Below are positions 36,372 to 46,620 of a stretch of DNA of 64,000 nt, one piece after another. The stretch covers positions 96,001 through 160,000 of the forward strand of contig OY759746.1 in assembly GCA_963662795.1 (NCBI GenBank). Direction: 5' to 3'. The translations under genes were made by a program, and so were the position numbers. The notes beneath the pieces were generated by a model. That model did no database searches. It had not been told where the DNA came from and saw only the letters and a program-made list of their open reading frames with translations. Origin of the DNA: Spirochaetia bacterium. Lineage in GTDB: Bacteria; Spirochaetota; Spirochaetia; CADAEX01. The first letter of the stretch is position 1, and each line of letters begins with the position of its first letter.

Positions 36372-38963
36372 TCAGTCAAATCCGCCAGTCCTTCGCACAT
36401 CAGAAGTATCCCTGGCATTTTCAATGATTTCAAGCGCAATTTTTTCTGAATCTTTGATAGAAATACCGGAAATTATATGCTTTATAAGCGGGATCCGGTC
36501 AGGCCCCGCGCTTATTGAACTTATGCCGAGCCCTAAAATGAGGCCAACCGCATCAGGGTCAGCTCCCATTTCCCCGCAGAGGCTAACAGGTATTCCTCTC
36601 TTCTGCCCTGCTTCAGCCGCCATTTTAATAGAACGGAGAACCGCAGGATCAAAAGGGTCGGCCCAGGAAGCCAGATCTGCGCTGCCCCTTTCAGCCGCCA
36701 TAATATACTGTGTAAGATCATTGGTGCCGATGCTGAAAAAATCAGAAACCAAAGCCATTTCTTCCGCCATGACAACTGAGGACGGAGTCTCAATCATTAT
36801 ACCGAGAGGGATTGGCCACAAATGGGGAATATCTCCTTTTTCAAGCTCAGTATGGACATCATTGAGAAAACATCTGAATTTTATCACCTCGCTCTGCTTT
36901 GATACCATAGGCAGCATTAACCGGATATTATGACCGGCACCTGCTTTAAGTATTGCCCTCAGCTGCCTTTTTATTATATCCGGATTTGTATTATACAGCC
37001 TTATTCCCCGTCTTCCGAGATAGGGGTTTTCCTCCAAAGGGATTCCGACAAAGGGGACTCTCTTATCTCCGCCGATATCAAAGGTCCGCACTGTCACGGG
37101 TTTTCCGTTCATGGCAGTAAATATGGAATGAAAATAATTGTACTGCCCGGTCTCCGAAGGCTCTTTTTCCGAATGGATAAAAAGGAATTCACTTCTGATA
37201 ACGCCGATCCCGTCAGCCCCTTTAAGGGATGCTATTTCAGCCTCTTCGGCTGTTGAAATATTAGCATAAACAGGGATATGTATTCCGTCTTTTGTTACAG
37301 CATCTTTTCCCGCGGCATCAAGCAGGTGTGCGGTTACTTCCCGGTGTTTCTCCTTTTTCAGGAGCAGTGAACCTGTAATCTTTTTTAAAGGATTGATAAA
37401 AACCTCTCCGCTGTATCCGTCAACTGCAACCATATCGCCGTTTTTCATTTCATGTATTTTACCGCAATTGCCTATACCCGGGATTCCAAGCGCTCTTGCT
37501 ATAATTGCGGCATGCGACAATGTGCTTCCACGGGAAAGTATAAGCCCTGCCGCTTTTTTATTATAAAGTTTTAAAACAGCCGAAGGAGTGACATCTGAGG
37601 AAACAATGACTGACCCTTCCGGTACAGCATCATACAGGCCGGATAAACCGTCGGACGCCTCTTCGCGATGACTTGGCAGAGCTTCAAGAATACTTAAAAC
37701 CTGATGCGATACATCGCGGACATCCGCTTCCCGCATCCTCATGTAAGGGTCAGCCATTTCCTTATAACGCTTTATGATTTCAACTGCACACTTACTGAAC
37801 GCACAGGAAGGTGAATATTTATTGTCTTTTATCAGGTTGATGCTCTTATCCATAAGGTCCGGATCTCCAATTATCGCAAGGTGGGCATTAAGAATATCAG
37901 CCTCGTCATTTTTCCGGTTCAGGATAAGCTTTTCCATTTTTACCGCTATGCATTTTTTTACTTTTAAAACAGCGCCCTCAAGAAATTCAATTGCTTCTGC
38001 TGTATCATCTGTATACTCAATAGGTACTTCAATGGAAAACTCAGGAAGAACATAGACAGGACCAATTCCAATACCTTCAGAAAAAGCAAATTCTTTTCCC
38101 GATATTCCCGGGTTCTCATATAATGAGCGCGGAGCCCCTTTACCTGATTCCGCCTGTTTTACTCCCGTATTTTCAATTACTCCGCCGGTTCCCGTCCCCT
38201 CGCCGAAATTATTGTCAATTAACACTGAAAGCTCTTTTATAAGTTTTTCAGGATTATTACCTTCGGCAGTGACTGAAATCTCATGTCCTGCAAGGATTTC
38301 AAGGGATGCAAGCTGATTCAGGCTTTTTCCGTTTGCCGGCCCTTTTCCGGTTGTAGTGTTAGTTACTTCAGCAGCACATCCTGATGCACAGACCGCCCTC
38401 ACAAATGCCGATGCCGGCCTGGCATGAAGGCCGTGAATAGTCATAATTATAAAATTCCGGGTAATTTTTTTTTGATTTTGATTTACCTGATTCTCCGCTG
38501 AAGCTGTAAGTACCTTTTTTTCCGCAGCAGGATCACCGGCAGAAGCACCTGCGGATGGAACATATTCATTACCCTTCATGGAAAGGCTCATTTCAGCTTC
38601 GCTCAATGCAAAGTCAGCATCAGAACCGGATGCACACTGCACGGCGGCGCTTAATACCCCTTCAACAAGGGGCGCTTTTGAAATATAGACATGTTCTTTT
38701 TTTTCTTCATCAAGCAGGTCAAGGGCGAATTCTGCGCTTAAAACAGAACTCCCGATATCTGTAAATACAATAACACCTTCAGTTGTATAAACTGATTCTA
38801 TGGCATAGAGGATATCTGTCGCATCAGTACCTGATAAATCTGAACTGCCTCCTGCACCGCCTGAATACGCGACAGGGATTTTCACACTGCTGACTTCCGA
38901 GGCGAGAGAGGCAAGGCTCTCTGCAAGCTTTCTGCTGTGCGAGACAATTACAATTGAAAACAT
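36372..38963 (-). CDS. dhaM: DhaM-type multidomain PTS phosphotransferase: EIIA(Man-like)-HPr-complete Enzyme I
   Basis: VSHS (EIIA His), GLHARPA (HPr His), SHAAIIAR (EI His), RTFDIGGDK, MIETP, SIGTNDL, CGEM. Confidence 0.88.
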   Translation of the reverse strand: MFSIVIVSHSRKLAESLASLASEVSSVKIPVAYSGGAGGSSDLSGTDATDILYAIESVYTTEGVIVFTDIGSSVLSAEFALDLLDEEKKEHVYISKAPLVEGVLSAAVQCASGSDADFALSEAEMSLSMKGNEYVPSAGASAGDPAAEKKVLTASAENQVNQNQKKITRNFIIMTIHGLHARPASAFVRAVCASGCAAEVTNTTTGKGPANGKSLNQLASLEILAGHEISVTAEGNNPEKLIKELSVLIDNNFGEGTGTGGVIENTGVKQAESGKGAPRSLYENPGISGKEFAFSEGIGIGPVYVLPEFSIEVPIEYTDDTAEAIEFLEGAVLKVKKCIAVKMEKLILNRKNDEADILNAHLAIIGDPDLMDKSINLIKDNKYSPSCAFSKCAVEIIKRYKEMADPYMRMREADVRDVSHQVLSILEALPSHREEASDGLSGLYDAVPEGSVIVSSDVTPSAVLKLYNKKAAGLILSRGSTLSHAAIIARALGIPGIGNCGKIHEMKNGDMVAVDGYSGEVFINPLKKITGSLLLKKEKHREVTAHLLDAAGKDAVTKDGIHIPVYANISTAEEAEIASLKGADGIGVIRSEFLFIHSEKEPSETGQYNYFHSIFTAMNGKPVTVRTFDIGGDKRVPFVGIPLEENPYLGRRGIRLYNTNPDIIKRQLRAILKAGAGHNIRLMLPMVSKQSEVIKFRCFLNDVHTELEKGDIPHLWPIPLGIMIETPSSVVMAEEMALVSDFFSIGTNDLTQYIMAAERGSADLASWADPFDPAVLRSIKMAAEAGQKRGIPVSLCGEMGADPDAVGLILGLGISSISAGPDRIPLIKHIISGISIKDSEKIALEIIENARDTSDVRRTGGFD

Positions 38964-38967
38964 CCTG

Positions 38968-39669
38968 TTATCTCAATATTTCCGAGGCAGCTTTTATCAT
39001 CAGATAGCTTGATACCGCACCCGGATCCAGATGGCCTATGCTTCTTTCCCCAAGATAGCTTGCCCTCCCTTTAAGCGCCTTCATGTCCTTCGTAGCGTTC
39101 ATTCCTGCTTCTGCGCTTTTAAGGCCTGCAGAAAGAATTTCGGCAAGACTTCCGCCGGATACAGCTTCAACTTCCATTGCCCGAAGCGCGGGAAGCCAGG
39201 TATCAAGCATGGTCTTATCCCCTTCTTCGGCATGGCCGCGCATTTTTATCCCTTCTACCCCTTTTTCAAGGACAGAAACAAGCTCACGGCTGTCCATCTC
39301 TTTTTCTGATTTCACAGCCTTTGATATTCCAAGGAAAAAAGTTCCGAGCAAGGCTCCTGAGGCTCCCCCTACTGTTTTGATCAATGTCATGGAGACAGAT
39401 TTAAACAGGTAGGAGAAAGAATCAGAGGTCTGCCCTGATGTGCCTGCAAGGACTTCGCTGCCTGCCGCGCCTGCTGCACCTGGGCCGGCGCCGGATGACA
39501 TTCTCTCAATTTCCGCCCTTACAGCGGAAAACCCCCTCTCCAGATTTATCCCGTGATCTGCATCTCCTATCGCTGAATCAAGGTCTGTAAGGTATTCCCT
39601 GTTTTCTGAATAAATATCTGAAAGCACCAATAACCAGTCCTTAACCTTATCAATCGTGACCATATTCAT
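38968..39669 (-). CDS. dhaL: Dihydroxyacetone kinase ADP-binding subunit DhaL
   Basis: [42 protein letters not shown]; start uncertain (39669/39663). Confidence 0.93.
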   Translation of the reverse strand: MNMVTIDKVKDWLLVLSDIYSENREYLTDLDSAIGDADHGINLERGFSAVRAEIERMSSGAGPGAAGAAGSEVLAGTSGQTSDSFSYLFKSVSMTLIKTVGGASGALLGTFFLGISKAVKSEKEMDSRELVSVLEKGVEGIKMRGHAEEGDKTMLDTWLPALRAMEVEAVSGGSLAEILSAGLKSAEAGMNATKDMKALKGRASYLGERSIGHLDPGAVSSYLMIKAASEILR

Positions 39670-40667
39670 ATTCCCCACCTGAGGGCAGGCGTCAGAACAG
39701 GATCATCCCAAAGCCCGAGCATTTCATCGTCAGCTTTTAATAACGTAATTGAAAAGCCCTGCATCTCAAGCGAGGTAATATAATTGCCTATAAGCTTGCG
39801 GGATATCAAAATACCTTTTGATTTTGTGATTTTAAAGACTTCGCTGTAAAGAAGATACAATTCAATAAGAGGGGTTCCCCCCATACCGTTAAGCATCAGA
39901 ATTACCCTGTCTCCATTTTTATAAGGGAGGTCCGAAGTGATTGCCTCCATCATCATATCAGTAACTTCGGAGGCTTTTTTAAGGGGAAGTCTTTCCCGGC
40001 CGGGCTCGCCGTGAATGCCGATGCCTATTTCCATCTCGTTTTCACTTATCTGAAATGTAGGCTTTCCGGCGGCAGGAACTGTGCAGGAGGTCAGGGCCAT
40101 CCCCATTGAGCGCGAGGCTTCGTTTACTGCCCGGCAGATATCGGCCGTCTTTTTTAAATCGTACCCCCTTTCCGACGCTGCCCCGCATATTTTTTCAGCA
40201 AGTACTGTAGCACCGACTCCGCGCCTGCCTTGAGTATAAAGGCTGTCCTTTACAGCAACATCATCATTAATTACAACACTTTCTGTTTTTATCCCTTCAT
40301 CAGAGGCAAGCTCGGCTGCCATTTCAAAATTCATCACATCGCCTGAATAGTTTTTCACGATGTTCAGGACACCGGCCCCGCCGTCAACCGCTTTTACGGC
40401 AGCAAGTATCTGATCCGGTGCAGGCGACGTAAAAACGTCTCCCGGGCACGCGGCGTGGAGCATCCCGTGCCCGACAAATCCGCCGTGCATCGGCTCGTGT
40501 CCGCTGCCCCCCCCTGAAACCAGAGCTGTCTTTCCTTTAAGAGGCGCGTCTGCCCTGATTATATAATTCGGATCAAAAAAAACTTTCAGAAGATCAGGGT
40601 GGGCTGCCTGCATCCCCTGAAGCGCCTCACTTACAACAAGTCCCGGTAAATTAATTAATTTTTTCAT
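39666..40667 (-). CDS. dhaK: Dihydroxyacetone kinase subunit DhaK
   Basis: [41 protein letters not shown]. Confidence 0.95.
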   Translation of the reverse strand: MKKLINLPGLVVSEALQGMQAAHPDLLKVFFDPNYIIRADAPLKGKTALVSGGGSGHEPMHGGFVGHGMLHAACPGDVFTSPAPDQILAAVKAVDGGAGVLNIVKNYSGDVMNFEMAAELASDEGIKTESVVINDDVAVKDSLYTQGRRGVGATVLAEKICGAASERGYDLKKTADICRAVNEASRSMGMALTSCTVPAAGKPTFQISENEMEIGIGIHGEPGRERLPLKKASEVTDMMMEAITSDLPYKNGDRVILMLNGMGGTPLIELYLLYSEVFKITKSKGILISRKLIGNYITSLEMQGFSITLLKADDEMLGLWDDPVLTPALRWGI

Positions 40668-40704
40668 TTCCCCTCCTGGTCAAACTGATAAACAGGATAA
40701 AGAT

Positions 40705-40746
40705 ATTATAGCACGGATTGAACAATCCGGCAGTCATGTATATATT
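40705..40746. promoter_or_regulatory. Divergent promoters of dhaKLM and the aldo-keto reductase with a shared palindrome
   Basis: Minus strand extended -10 TGcTATAAT (40705-40713); plus strand TTGAAC-17-TATATT (40718-40746); palindrome CGGATTG-AA-CAATCCG (40714-40729). Confidence 0.55.
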
Positions 40747-40773
40747 AAATCTTTCATCCAGAAGGAGCAAAAT

Positions 40774-41706
40774 ATGAAGTACAGAATTCTTGGAAAATCA
40801 GGGCTTAAGGTATCGGTCATTTCTCTCGGCACATATCAGTATGGCGGAAGCTGGGGGAAGGAATATATCCAGAAAGATGTAGATTCAATTTTTGCCGCGG
40901 CAGAAGAGTCCGGAATTAATTTTCTTGACACGGCAGAATGCTACGGAGTTGACAACCATGCGGAAAGACTTATCGGCAGGGCTATTGAAGGGAAAAGGGA
41001 CAAATGGCTTGTTGCAACAAAATTCGGGCATGAAAGAAAAGAACCGCAGAAAAACTCACCTGCATGGGAAGTCAGCCGGATTCAGAATCAGCTTGAAACC
41101 TCACTCAGGCTCCTTAAAACAGATTATATAGACCTTTATCAGTTCCATTCCGGCCCGGATGAAATCTTTGATAATGACGAAATATGGACGATGCTGGATA
41201 AGGAAAAAGCAAAAGGGAAAATCCGCCATCTTGGTATTTCACTAAACAGGACAAAAAGCAACAATGAAGACTACCAGACCCTTAACGCATTAAAAGTGGG
41301 GGCTGAGGTTATACAGCTGAAATACAACAGACTTGAAAGGGATGCGGAAAACAAAATACTGCCTGCGGCGGAAAAATCGGGCCTCGGCGTAATAGGAAGG
41401 GTAGCGCTTGCAAGCGGTATGCTCAGCGGGAAATATCAGTCCATTAATGAATTCAGCAGCGCTGAATCAAGAGCGAAGAAATACAAACCGGAACTTATAA
41501 AAAAACTTCAGCTGGAAATTGAGGAAATAATTAAAAACGAACTTCCTGAAAATGTCCTGCTTTCTCAGTATGCGCTTGCCTGGGTATTATCCAATCCCGC
41601 AATAAGCTGTGTAATAGCAGGATGTAAATCAGCTGAACAGGTTAAAATAAACGCGGCAACTGCTGATCTTGAGATAATGAAGAAAAAACACAAGTTTGAT
41701 GTCTGA
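40774..41706 (+). CDS. Aldo/keto reductase
   Basis: LGKSGLKVS.I.LG, GINFLDTAE.YG, ATKFG, SL..LKTDYIDLYQFH, GKIR.LG. Confidence 0.93.
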   Translation: MKYRILGKSGLKVSVISLGTYQYGGSWGKEYIQKDVDSIFAAAEESGINFLDTAECYGVDNHAERLIGRAIEGKRDKWLVATKFGHERKEPQKNSPAWEVSRIQNQLETSLRLLKTDYIDLYQFHSGPDEIFDNDEIWTMLDKEKAKGKIRHLGISLNRTKSNNEDYQTLNALKVGAEVIQLKYNRLERDAENKILPAAEKSGLGVIGRVALASGMLSGKYQSINEFSSAESRAKKYKPELIKKLQLEIEEIIKNELPENVLLSQYALAWVLSNPAISCVIAGCKSAEQVKINAATADLEIMKKKHKFDV

Positions 41707-41865
41707 TAAATTATTAAACCAGCGGGTGATAAAAGCAGCATATAACAGTATTTAAATGAAGAAATTTTCTTCTCTTTCAGATATATTGTCTCATAATATC
41801 GTTTCATGAATTTACATCTGCATGGATTTTATGTATTTTTAATACATGAGCCCAATGGATGATAA

Positions 41866-44520
41866 ATGTTTGCCCTGAATCTTATAAGAAATATATCACT
41901 TATTATCACCTTATCTATAGTTTACCAGATAATAATGAGCTTCAGGATAGAGCCGGGGAAAAGGGAGAAAGTACTTGCAGGGCTGCTGTTCGGCATAATA
42001 GCCATGACCGGAATGATTTCTTCGGTATATTTTGCCCCCGGTCTCTTCTTTGACGGCAGGTCGATAATACTGACTATCGCGGGTTTGTTCGGAGGCCCTT
42101 TACCGGCACTTATATCAGCGGTGATGAGCTCTGCATTCAGATATCACATTGGAGGGGCAGGCACTGCTACAGGGATCCTTACTATAGCAGAATCTGCCGC
42201 AATCGGGACTCTCTTTTATTATCTAAAAAAGAAAAAACCATTTTTCATAACACTTCCCGGGCTTTTTTTTATAGCAGTCCTGGTGCATGTTATTATGCTG
42301 TTTTGCATGCTTGCAATACCTGAAGGATCGGGATTTGCTGTAATGAAGGAGATCGCGTCTCCAGTTCTGCTTGTATATCCTCCGGCAACAGTAATAGTAG
42401 CATTTATATTCCTTAATCAGGAAAAAAGAAGATTTGTTGAAAACTCACTAAAGGTCAGTGAAAAAAAGTACCGGGACTATGTTGAATATTCCCCATACGG
42501 TATTTTTATTACAGACAGTGAAGGAAAATTCATCGAAGTAAACAGAAAGGCCGCTCAAATAACTGGATATAAAAAGAATGAACTGCTGACAATGCGCTTG
42601 TCTGAAATTATAAGTATAGAGGAAAAGAATCGGGTAGAAAGACATTTCAGGGATGCTCTTGAAAAAGGAAACTATTCCGGTGAATTTCCTTTTATAAAAA
42701 AGGAGGGGGATAATTGCTTTATTTCTGTGGATGCGGTTAATCTCGGGAACAATACTGTCATCGGATTTGTGCAGGACATAACTGAACGGAAAAAAACAGA
42801 AGAGAGGCTTAGATACCGGCTCTCCATTGAAATGATAATAACCTCATTTACAACTGCACTTGTAAGCAGCGATTTATACGATGTGGACAGGGAAATTCGG
42901 ACTGCATTAAAATTACTTGGCAATGTTACCGGAACAGACAGGGTATATCTATTTCTCTATAACCGGGAAATTTCAGAATTCTCCAATACACATGAGTGGT
43001 GTGCTGAGGGTATTGCTGCCTACATAGGTAACTTTAAAAATCTTCCTGTTGATTCCTATCCATGGTGGACAGGAAAAATGAAAAATAATTCAGTTGTGAT
43101 CTTTCAGGATATCAATGATATGCCTGATAAGTCTGATAATTTAAAAGGAATATTCATAGAGCATAATATTTTATCTATTGCAGTTATTCCTTTGTTTTAT
43201 GATGGAAAGCTCACCGGATTTATGGGATTTGATTCAATTAAAAAAAGGAAAAAATGGACTGAGGATAATATCGATCTTTTGAAATTGACAGGTAACATAT
43301 TCTGCAGCGCATTAGTCAGAAAAAAGGAACTTGAGGAAAAAAGTAAACTCAATGAGCAGCTTGTTCAGATTCAAAAACTGGAGTCGATCGGGCGTCTTGC
43401 GGGGGGTGTGGCGCACGACTTCAACAACATACTGCAGGTTATTATGGGTTTCGCGGAAATGGCAATGGAAGATATACCGCCCGATTCCGGCACTCTTAAA
43501 AATTATCTTGAAGAAATATACAAAGCGGCAAAACGTTCAGCAGAACTTACCGGACAGCTTCTTGCATTTGCCCGCAGACAGACCGCAAACCCCGAGATTA
43601 TTAATCTTAACGAGGTTATTGAAAACACTATAAAAATGCTTAAAAGGCTGATTGGAGAGAATATCGAGCTTATATGGAACCCTTCAGATAACCTCTGGAA
43701 TACAAGGATTGACATTTCACAGGTAAATCAGCTTATAACAAACCTTTGCATTAACTCACGGGATGCGCTGGAAGGGAAAAGAGGTGGTAAAATAATTATT
43801 GAAACCCGCAATACTGCAGTTGATGAGACATACCGGAAAAAGAATGCTTATTTTGTACCCGGGGAATATGTAATGCTTGCAGTCAGTGACAACGGGAAAG
43901 GGATGGACAGGGAAACAATTTCTCATATCTTTGAACCTTTTTACACAACAAGGGGAAAAGAAGGGACCGGACTCGGGCTTTCTACTGTTTACGGAATTAT
44001 GAAGCAGAACAATGGATATATAAATACCCGCAGCGAAGTTGACGCAGGAACAACTATGGAACTGTACTTTAAAAGATATTCGGAACACATTTCTCCTGCA
44101 TTACAGACAATTCATGAACAGGAAATAAAAATGCTGTCACAAAAGACAATATTAATTGTTGAAGATGAGGCAACAATATTATCACTTGCCTCAGAGATAC
44201 TTAAAAAGGCAGGGTTTAAGGTCCTAACGGCTGAAAACGGAGAAAAAGCTGTTTCTCTTTCCGGCAGAAGCAATAATAAAATTGATCTTCTGATTACGGA
44301 TGTTGTTCTGCCTGAAATGAACGGAAAAAAACTCGCGGAAAAATTTTCAGCGTTAATGCCCGGCATTAAAACACTTTTCATGTCAGGCTACACGGCAAAT
44401 GTTATAGCCCATCAGGGGATACTTGATGAGGGGATAAATTTTATCCAGAAACCTTTTTCAGTAAAGGACCTGTTGACAAAGGTTAATCAGATTCTCACAG
44501 AGGACAGCCAGACTGTTTAA
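41866..44520 (+). CDS. Hybrid histidine kinase: 5TM-5TMR_LYT, PAS, GAF, HisKA, HATPase, REC
   Basis: FDGR...GLFGGP 5TM domain; PAS ending DITERK; GAF (EWCAEG, GFMGFD); GGVAHDFNN; TDVVLP. Confidence 0.92.
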   Translation: MFALNLIRNISLIITLSIVYQIIMSFRIEPGKREKVLAGLLFGIIAMTGMISSVYFAPGLFFDGRSIILTIAGLFGGPLPALISAVMSSAFRYHIGGAGTATGILTIAESAAIGTLFYYLKKKKPFFITLPGLFFIAVLVHVIMLFCMLAIPEGSGFAVMKEIASPVLLVYPPATVIVAFIFLNQEKRRFVENSLKVSEKKYRDYVEYSPYGIFITDSEGKFIEVNRKAAQITGYKKNELLTMRLSEIISIEEKNRVERHFRDALEKGNYSGEFPFIKKEGDNCFISVDAVNLGNNTVIGFVQDITERKKTEERLRYRLSIEMIITSFTTALVSSDLYDVDREIRTALKLLGNVTGTDRVYLFLYNREISEFSNTHEWCAEGIAAYIGNFKNLPVDSYPWWTGKMKNNSVVIFQDINDMPDKSDNLKGIFIEHNILSIAVIPLFYDGKLTGFMGFDSIKKRKKWTEDNIDLLKLTGNIFCSALVRKKELEEKSKLNEQLVQIQKLESIGRLAGGVAHDFNNILQVIMGFAEMAMEDIPPDSGTLKNYLEEIYKAAKRSAELTGQLLAFARRQTANPEIINLNEVIENTIKMLKRLIGENIELIWNPSDNLWNTRIDISQVNQLITNLCINSRDALEGKRGGKIIIETRNTAVDETYRKKNAYFVPGEYVMLAVSDNGKGMDRETISHIFEPFYTTRGKEGTGLGLSTVYGIMKQNNGYINTRSEVDAGTTMELYFKRYSEHISPALQTIHEQEIKMLSQKTILIVEDEATILSLASEILKKAGFKVLTAENGEKAVSLSGRSNNKIDLLITDVVLPEMNGKKLAEKFSALMPGIKTLFMSGYTANVIAHQGILDEGINFIQKPFSVKDLLTKVNQILTEDSQTV

Positions 44521-44593
44521 TCCGGCAATTCTTACTTTGGTTCACCTGCTGCCAAAAAAACAGACAGCTGCTTAATAAACAAAGGTACTGTTT

Positions 44594-45076
44594 TCATTTC
44601 AAACCGTCAAGCAGTTTTACCGCCTCATCAACAGTATCCCATTTTTCGGAAAAGATGCCGCCGCTTTGTCCTTTTATTTTTTTCATTATCATCCGGATGA
44701 AAAAATTATGCTGATCAGGATCGAACCTTCCCCCAATCCAGAGCTTTCCTGCCGCCCTCTCAAGCAGTGCCATAGGAAAGGTATTTTCAAAATACTGCCC
44801 GTATTCCTTTTCCTCAAGCCCGGACAAAACAAGAATAATATTTTCCCTGTCCAGCAGTTGAACGTTAAGTCTGCAGAAATTTTTAAATTTCTTTCCGGCA
44901 GATCCGGCATGGATTGATGAAGCAAGTATAACAGTGTCAACCTGCTCAATTTCACCTGATGGTATTCCTTTTTTCACATCAAAAACTGTAAAACTTTCAC
45001 CATACCTTTTAGCAAGTTTTTCACCCCATTCAGAAACATAACCTTTATCAGAACTGTAAATAAAAACTGTTTTCAT
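44594..45076 (-). CDS. Flavodoxin-domain protein (HemG-like)
   Basis: IYSS..G, D.VILASSIHAG, GGRFD....FF.RM.MK. Confidence 0.75.
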   Translation of the reverse strand: MKTVFIYSSDKGYVSEWGEKLAKRYGESFTVFDVKKGIPSGEIEQVDTVILASSIHAGSAGKKFKNFCRLNVQLLDRENIILVLSGLEEKEYGQYFENTFPMALLERAAGKLWIGGRFDPDQHNFFIRMIMKKIKGQSGGIFSEKWDTVDEAVKLLDGLK

Positions 45077-45094
45077 TACTTATCTCCAATTGTA

Positions 45095-45514
45095 TCAGTT
45101 TGAGGGTTCAAACGGCTCTATCCAGTCATCATCCCCGCCGATAAAAGCAGGTATGCTGATAAGATACACAGGCACACCCGTCTTAAGATGGAATGATTTT
45201 TTAATAATTTTCTCATTACCGTCATCTCCGGGAAATGTTACGGTAATAGCATGACGCTGTCCTGAGACTTCAATTTTTATCCTGTCTTTTTTAAGCAGTT
45301 CCTCTTCATTTCTGCTGCCGATACGTACCTCAACTACATTAAGTTCACGGTAAATTTTTTCCCCTTTTTCTATTGTTTTATTATCTATAAGCAGGGTATG
45401 CGCTTTCCCCCCGAAGAAAAGAAATACGGCAAGTATCAGCATGAATAATATAAATCCGGCCCTTACGAGAGTCCTTCTTGCCCTGATATTTCCGGATATG
45501 GCAAAGTTACTCAA
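45095..45514 (-). CDS. Single-TM hypothetical protein associated with the DUF3798-type ABC system
   Basis: N-terminal TM, GK.HT.LIDNK motif; overlaps the permease stop. Confidence 0.65.
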   Translation of the reverse strand: MSNFAISGNIRARRTLVRAGFILFMLILAVFLFFGGKAHTLLIDNKTIEKGEKIYRELNVVEVRIGSRNEEELLKKDRIKIEVSGQRHAITVTFPGDDGNEKIIKKSFHLKTGVPVYLISIPAFIGGDDDWIEPFEPSN

Positions 45515-46620
45515 TCTCTCACCTCCTGTGCATCAGCGAGGGCAATCCCTGCCCTTGCCTTATCCCTCTGTTTTCTTATGGCATAAAGGACAAGAGAAAT
45601 TGATATTACACCGTATGAGACAAATACCCTGAAATATTCTCCAAGCTGGGCCTGGCCTATAAGGTTTTTACCTGCCATTGGAGAGATTACAAACATAAGA
45701 TGAAAAAGAACCACACCAAGAATTGCGTTGCCTATCTTTGCCCTGTTGACAGATGCACCGCCGACAAGAAGGGCGGCAATCGAAAACATGCCTACCTGCT
45801 CATGAGAATTGTATGTATTCATGGTTCCGATATTCTGAAGGTAGATAACCATTCCAAAACCTGCAAGGACTGTCGATATAATTATTGAGATTATCCTTGT
45901 TCTTGCGACATCAATTCCGGAAGCCTCTGCTACAGCCATGTCCTGCCCTATTGCCCTCATATCCTGCCCCAGTTTTGTTCTTCTGAACCAGATGATAAAA
46001 ACGCACAAGACAGCAATTAACGTAAAAGTTGCGACAGGGATAAGCGTGGTTCCTATTTTAAGGGGAAGCAGTTTGTCCAGAGACTGACGTATTCCTGTAA
46101 GATTTACGGCATTTCGTATGCCGTATCCCCGCGACAGCACAATTGATTCACTGGCAATGGGAATAACACTTCCCATGCCGTAAAGGACAACAAGCTGATA
46201 CACTCCGTTCATGAAAAAACCCAGTATATAACTTGTAACCATCTCCCTCCCCTTTGCCCTGTTAAGGATTTTCCCGCACATCCAGCCGAGAAGAACGGAT
46301 AAAGGGATTGAGAGAATCATCGCCAGAAACATTCCATGAAGACCTGTTATATTCCAGTCAGTTATGAAAATAAGACCGATTTCTCCGGCCATTGCGCCAA
46401 GTACCATTCCGAAGTTAAGCCCCATTCCCGCCATTATGGGAAGGAGAAGAGCCAGGACAAGGAAAAGATTACGGACAAGCCGTACAATAATTTCATTGAA
46501 TAAATATCTGACTGAAAAACCGGAAAGAGGAAGAGCAAATGCGATTATGATTACAAAAAGGATCGGGACAAGGTTTGTTTCAAGGAATTTGATAACAGTA
46601 TCTTTGTCTTTCTTAAGCAT
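45511..46620 (-). CDS. Sugar-type ABC transporter permease
   Basis: GLNFG, TKLGQDMRAIG....A..SGI, IAALLVGGAS. Confidence 0.9.
   Translation of the reverse strand: MLKKDKDTVIKFLETNLVPILFVIIIAFALPLSGFSVRYLFNEIIVRLVRNLFLVLALLLPIMAGMGLNFGMVLGAMAGEIGLIFITDWNITGLHGMFLAMILSIPLSVLLGWMCGKILNRAKGREMVTSYILGFFMNGVYQLVVLYGMGSVIPIASESIVLSRGYGIRNAVNLTGIRQSLDKLLPLKIGTTLIPVATFTLIAVLCVFIIWFRRTKLGQDMRAIGQDMAVAEASGIDVARTRIISIIISTVLAGFGMVIYLQNIGTMNTYNSHEQVGMFSIAALLVGGASVNRAKIGNAILGVVLFHLMFVISPMAGKNLIGQAQLGEYFRVFVSYGVISISLVLYAIRKQRDKARAGIALADAQEVRD

Noticed and set aside
36160-36372. 70-aa ORF as an independent gene
   Set aside because: It is the out-of-frame 5' part of the NMT1/THI5 pseudogene; the conserved motif lies in another frame.
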